A stretch of DNA of 64,000 bases from the NCBI GenBank assembly GCA_965263295.1, contig OZ253665.1:1728001-1792000 (forward strand), given 5' to 3'. Below, one piece after another: positions 59,849 to 64,000 of the stretch (position 1 is the first letter of the stretch; every line of letters starts with the position of its first letter). The notes beneath the pieces were generated by a model that saw only the letters and a program-made list of their open reading frames with translations, ran no database searches and had not been told where the DNA came from. Made by a program: the position numbers and the translations under genes. This stretch comes from Spirochaetia bacterium. GTDB taxonomy: Bacteria > Spirochaetota > Spirochaetia > SP-2023.

Positions 59849-60136
59849 TCAGTCTTTCTGAACCAGTTTTTTTAATTCTTCGCCGTAACTTTGGACATTC
59901 AGCATATTCTTTACCGCTATCACAGTCGTTTGTTCAGGCACCTTGCCCAGCTCTTCTACAAGCTGCGTCGAACATATTACCGCGTCATAATTAGGAATAC
60001 TGCTCTTTCCTTCCGACAGACCATCGCTGTCGATCACGAGATCCAGCTTGTTCTCCTTGGCAAAATTTTTGACCTTCAGTTTCATCATTACGCTGGTCCC
60101 GACTCCCGTACCACATAAAATTAATACTTTTTTCAC
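59849..60136 (-). CDS. PTS EIIB component (UlaB-like)
   Basis: LILCGTGVGTS phosphorylation loop. Confidence 0.9.
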   Translation of the reverse strand: MKKVLILCGTGVGTSVMMKLKVKNFAKENKLDLVIDSDGLSEGKSSIPNYDAVICSTQLVEELGKVPEQTTVIAVKNMLNVQSYGEELKKLVQKD

Positions 60137-60217
60137 AATCTACTCCCATCAACATTCATTATTATTGCGGGCAGAGCGATGCTCTGCCCCATCGCAAAAC
60201 TTAATCCGAAACCTATT

Positions 60218-61588
60218 TTATTGAACACCGATCAAAGTGCCAATGGCCTTCAATACCAGGGCAAATGCCAGCCATACGGTTTCAAAGTCCGTGTTGTTAA
60301 TCCAGCCTTGGAAATCGCTGATTGCGGGGTTGGCGAGGCCGCTTAAACTAGCCATAAAGGCACCCACGACAATCTGCACAAAACCTGAAAGCATACAGAA
60401 GACGACGACAGCCCGCGAGCCACCATATTTATTGGCGTATACGGCTATCGTCGCGTGGTCAAAAAACATGGCGATAAAGCCGGGGATGGCCAGGATGGGC
60501 GAACTGAAGATTATCAATACCGCAACGCCGAGAAAACTGCCTACGGCGCCGAACAAGAAGCCGAACAGAATGGTGACCGGATGGGCAAAACCGTAGATCG
60601 CGGCGCAGTCAATACCGACGTATGCGCCCGGAAGTAGCCTTTGGCGAAGCCCTTCAAAGGATTGCTGGAGCTCGGCAACAAACATCTTAACACCCAGCAG
60701 AATCATGCAAAGGGCGACGGGAAAGGCCATGGTCGTAAGAATGAGCCGCGTGATCCAATTTTTGCCGGCAAGCCCTTTCATGTCATTAATCGCCTCAGGA
60801 CCGAGAAGCAACATGATGACGCCGATAAAGATGAACATGATAATTCCCGATGAGACCGTTCTGTCTTGCAATATTCTCAAATAGGGGGGCAGGTGCTCCG
60901 ACCAGTTTTCAATGCTCTTCTCAGGAGTGCCAACTTTGGGGCCCAATTTATAGGCTAGCCAATCGGCAAACATCTGCTGGTGGGCAATGGAGAAGCCGGC
61001 ACCGCCAGTAATTTCTTCGGTGGGCTTGAGCAGCATGGTGCCTAGATAGCCCCAGTAAAGGGCGAGAAACAGACCCGCGACGGAAACGGTGCCCCACAGG
61101 CCAAAACCCAGGAAGTAGTGCACGAACCAGGTCGCGACGACAGAATGCATGTACATCATGTGCCCGGTAGTATAAATCACCTTCATCTTCGTAACCTTAT
61201 GCAAAAATACAAAGATCAGATTCAGGACAAAAGCAATCACCAGGGTATAGCCGACCCAGGCGAGGCCATCGACATTGACGCCATTGACCAAAACACTTTT
61301 CTGCAGCGCCGAACTCGCGGCGGGCAGGCCGCCTCCTTCAGGGGAAAAGAAAACTCCCTGTATGTTGAATTTATCGACAAAGGCATTGAGTATCGGACGG
61401 AAATTGACCACAAGCAAGCCCGTTCCCGCCTGCAGTATGCGAAAACCCACTATAGTTTTGATCACGCCTGCAAGGGTTTCCGAAAAACTCGACCTCAAGG
61501 CAATATACCCTATCAGAGTCAGAAAACCCAAGAAGATTGAAGGCTCGCCTAAAAAGCCTTCAAAAAATATATTTATTATTTCCTGCAT
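60218..61588 (-). CDS. ulaA: PTS ascorbate-family EIIC (UlaA/SgaT-like)
   Basis: IKTIVGF, YTTGH, FSIAHQQMF, GVKMFVAEL, IDCAAIYGF, FFDHAT. Confidence 0.88.
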   Translation of the reverse strand: MQEIINIFFEGFLGEPSIFLGFLTLIGYIALRSSFSETLAGVIKTIVGFRILQAGTGLLVVNFRPILNAFVDKFNIQGVFFSPEGGGLPAASSALQKSVLVNGVNVDGLAWVGYTLVIAFVLNLIFVFLHKVTKMKVIYTTGHMMYMHSVVATWFVHYFLGFGLWGTVSVAGLFLALYWGYLGTMLLKPTEEITGGAGFSIAHQQMFADWLAYKLGPKVGTPEKSIENWSEHLPPYLRILQDRTVSSGIIMFIFIGVIMLLLGPEAINDMKGLAGKNWITRLILTTMAFPVALCMILLGVKMFVAELQQSFEGLRQRLLPGAYVGIDCAAIYGFAHPVTILFGFLFGAVGSFLGVAVLIIFSSPILAIPGFIAMFFDHATIAVYANKYGGSRAVVVFCMLSGFVQIVVGAFMASLSGLANPAISDFQGWINNTDFETVWLAFALVLKAIGTLIGVQ

Positions 61589-61715
61589 AATAAAGTCTCC
61601 TTTTTGATTTTGAAATGCATAGTTGCGATAATCCCTCCACTAGATTTTGTCATCAACAAGATAAGATGGTCATTAGCGAAATTCCTCCTTATTTTCTCCG
61701 ATTATTTATTTTCGA

Positions 61716-61745
61716 TTAAGATCATTTTGATCACTTTAAGATCAT
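61716..61745. promoter_or_regulatory. Phased GATCA direct repeats, candidate operator
   Basis: TTAAGATCAT x2 at 20-bp spacing with a third GATCA between them. Confidence 0.4.
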
Positions 61746-62008
61746 AACACACAATTTGAAATTCACAAGAAGAAAATATCCAAAAATGTAAAAAAGAATG
61801 AAAATAACGGATTATTTGATATATAATTGCAAGCATTCCAAAGTGTAGAGGCTCGCAAGCTTATATTTCTGTATTCGCTCTATACAACGTTTTTATATCG
61901 GATTATAATAATACATTATCGTGATAAGACTTGCAATTTTTAATTCTGTTTTTCGATTCTGTCTTGTCATTCTGTCTGGATGCGCGAATCCCCTAAAAGG
62001 AGCTTGAA

Positions 62009-63031
62009 ATGAAAGCATTAGTGAAACGCGAAAGGGCGGTTGGACTCAGTCTGGAGGATGTCCCCGTTCCCGAATTTGGGGATTCAGATGTCCGTATTCG
62101 CGTTGCGCACAGCGCCATTTGCGGTACGGACGTCCATATTTACTCCTGGGATGCCTGGGCGGCCCAAACGATTCCGGTGCCCATGGTAGTCGGGCACGAA
62201 TTTGTCGGGCATATTGAAGCTGTCGGAAAGGATGTAAAGAATTATAAAGTCGGCGATCGGGTCACGGCGGAAGGGCATATAACTTGTGGGTACTGTCGCA
62301 ACTGCCTGACAGGGCGTGGGCATATTTGCCAGAACTCAAAAGGACTGGGCGTCAATCGGCCCGGAGCATTTGCCGAGTATGTCGTGATGCCGGTAAAAAA
62401 CCTGTGGGCATTGCCCGACCAGATACCGGACGCCGTGGCAGCCTGTTTTGACCCGCTGGGCAATGCCGTCCACACGGCACTTTCCTTCGACGTGCGCGGC
62501 GAAGATGTCCTAATCACCGGGGCGGGACCGATTGGCTTGATGGGAGTGGCAATTGCACGATTTTGCGGCGCTAGAAAGGTCGTCGTCAGCGATGTCAATC
62601 CATTTCGTCTGGCGATGGCAAAGCAGCTCGGCGCCCTGGTGGTGAATCCAGAGGAAACCGCCGTCGCCGATTTTGCCAAGCATATTGGCGTCAAAGAAGG
62701 TTTTGATGTGGGCTTGGAGATGTCTGGCAACCCTTTGGCTTTTCGCGATATGACGCAGAACATGATCCATGGCGGCAGAATTGCCATGCTGGGTCTGTTC
62801 AAGGAAGCCTTTGTCGTAGATTGGAACAGTTTTATCTTCAACGGACTGGTCTTTAAGGGCATTACCGGCCGCAAAATGTTTGAAACCTGGTATAAAATGA
62901 CTGGGCTCGTCGAGGCTGGCCTCAATATTGCACCGATCATCACGCATCAACTCCCTTACACAGAATATGAAAAAGGGTTTTCTACCATTCTTTCTGGTCA
63001 GGCCGGCAAAATTGTCCTCGACTGGATCTAA
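62009..63031 (+). CDS. tdh: L-threonine 3-dehydrogenase
   Basis: AICGTDVHIY, GHEFVG, EGHITCGYCRNC, DPLGNAVHTALSF, GRKMFETWY. Confidence 0.96.
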   Translation: MKALVKRERAVGLSLEDVPVPEFGDSDVRIRVAHSAICGTDVHIYSWDAWAAQTIPVPMVVGHEFVGHIEAVGKDVKNYKVGDRVTAEGHITCGYCRNCLTGRGHICQNSKGLGVNRPGAFAEYVVMPVKNLWALPDQIPDAVAACFDPLGNAVHTALSFDVRGEDVLITGAGPIGLMGVAIARFCGARKVVVSDVNPFRLAMAKQLGALVVNPEETAVADFAKHIGVKEGFDVGLEMSGNPLAFRDMTQNMIHGGRIAMLGLFKEAFVVDWNSFIFNGLVFKGITGRKMFETWYKMTGLVEAGLNIAPIITHQLPYTEYEKGFSTILSGQAGKIVLDWI

Positions 63032-63131
63032 GACGAAAAGAAATAAACAGCACGGCTCAAAGCCGATTTAAAGCAAATTTAAAGCGGAAATTGCCGCGAG
63101 CAGAAGCATTATTTTGCGAGAGGAATATTTT

Positions 63132-64000
63132 ATGTATACACAAGCACAGCCAGTATTTCAACAGAGATTACAGCAGATCCGCGCCCAGGGTTTGTGGAAG
63201 GCGGAGCGCACGATCACTACAGCCCAAGGTGCCCATATTGCAACGGACAAACAAAACGACATCCTCAACATGTGTTCCAACAATTATCTGGGCTTTGCCT
63301 CTGACCCTCGGATCATTGCGGCGGCGCAGCGCAATCTGGCAGAGTATGGCTACGGCCTCTCATCTGTGCGTTTTATTTGTGGCACCCAGAAAATACACCA
63401 AGACTTGGAAAAACGTATCAGCGAGTTTTTACACATGGAAAATACTATTTTATATTCTTCCTGTTTTGATGCCAACTGTGGCCTCTTTGAAAGCTTGCTC
63501 AGCAATGACGATGCCATCATCAGCGACGAGTTGAACCACGCCAGTATCATAGACGGTGTGCGACTTTGCAAGGCGCGGAGATACCGCTACCGGAATTCTG
63601 ACATGGAGGACCTCGAAAATCATTTAAAGGCGGCGCAATCCGCCCGCTTGCGACTGATTGTGACCGATGGGGTGTTTTCGATGGACGGCATTATTGCAAA
63701 CCTGGCGGGAATTTGCGATCTTGCCGAGCGCTATGATGCCTTAGTCATGGTTGACGACAGCCACGCCGTGGGCTTTATCGGAGACAGTGGCCGCGGGACT
63801 CCCGAACTGTGCGGTGTCATGGATCGTGTCGATATTGTCACCGGGACCCTGGGCAAAGCTCTCGGAGGCGCTAGCGGAGGTTACACCAGTGCCAAAAAAG
63901 AGATTGTGCAACTGTTGCGTCAGGTCTCAAGGCCCTATCTGTTTTCCAATTCTCTAGCTCCAGTGATTGCGGCAAGTTCCATTGCAGTGCTGGATTTGCT
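63132..64000 (+). CDS. kbl: Glycine C-acetyltransferase (2-amino-3-ketobutyrate CoA ligase), runs off the window
   Basis: [57 protein letters not shown]. Confidence 0.96.
   Translation, partial: MYTQAQPVFQQRLQQIRAQGLWKAERTITTAQGAHIATDKQNDILNMCSNNYLGFASDPRIIAAAQRNLAEYGYGLSSVRFICGTQKIHQDLEKRISEFLHMENTILYSSCFDANCGLFESLLSNDDAIISDELNHASIIDGVRLCKARRYRYRNSDMEDLENHLKAAQSARLRLIVTDGVFSMDGIIANLAGICDLAERYDALVMVDDSHAVGFIGDSGRGTPELCGVMDRVDIVTGTLGKALGGASGGYTSAKKEIVQLLRQVSRPYLFSNSLAPVIAASSIAVLDL

Noticed and set aside
62242..62943. Long antisense ORFs (this one and those opposite recA, the SBP gene, ulaA and others)
   Set aside because: Shadow frames of well-supported genes with no motifs of their own.

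Overview
A bacterial chromosomal segment, most likely from a spirochaete (Spirochaetota). This is inferred from the lspA/small-membrane-protein pair, the ParC type, the cmk-rpsA arrangement and tRNA-Arg(UCG); it was not confirmed by any search. Housekeeping genes dominate: dnaK end, dnaJ, recA, lspA, asnS, tig, aroB, pyrG, rpsA, cmk, xerC, RNase II/R, mnmG and parC. There are also several catabolic modules: a polyol ABC transporter with dehydrogenase, FGGY kinase and transaldolase; an ascorbate-type PTS; tdh-kbl; and nagA. A four-tRNA cluster (His, Arg, Lys, Leu) is present. The most notable structures are: (1) a 1,797-bp AT-rich IS1595-family cassette behind tRNA-Leu, with 15-bp terminal inverted repeats and an exact 8-bp target duplication. 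It has lost most of its transposase and carries a DNA methyltransferase plus a frameshifted PD-(D/E)xK nuclease, i.e. a putative mobile restriction-modification cassette. (2) A triplicated RBS/5' end of pspA. This creates a start-stop ORF and a 24-aa peptide copy of the PspA N-terminal helix, whose A9 tract could slip into the pspA frame. (3) An IS5-family remnant that now supplies the stop codon of pyrG. (4) A window-wide tendency to 9- and 12-bp in-frame tandem duplications.
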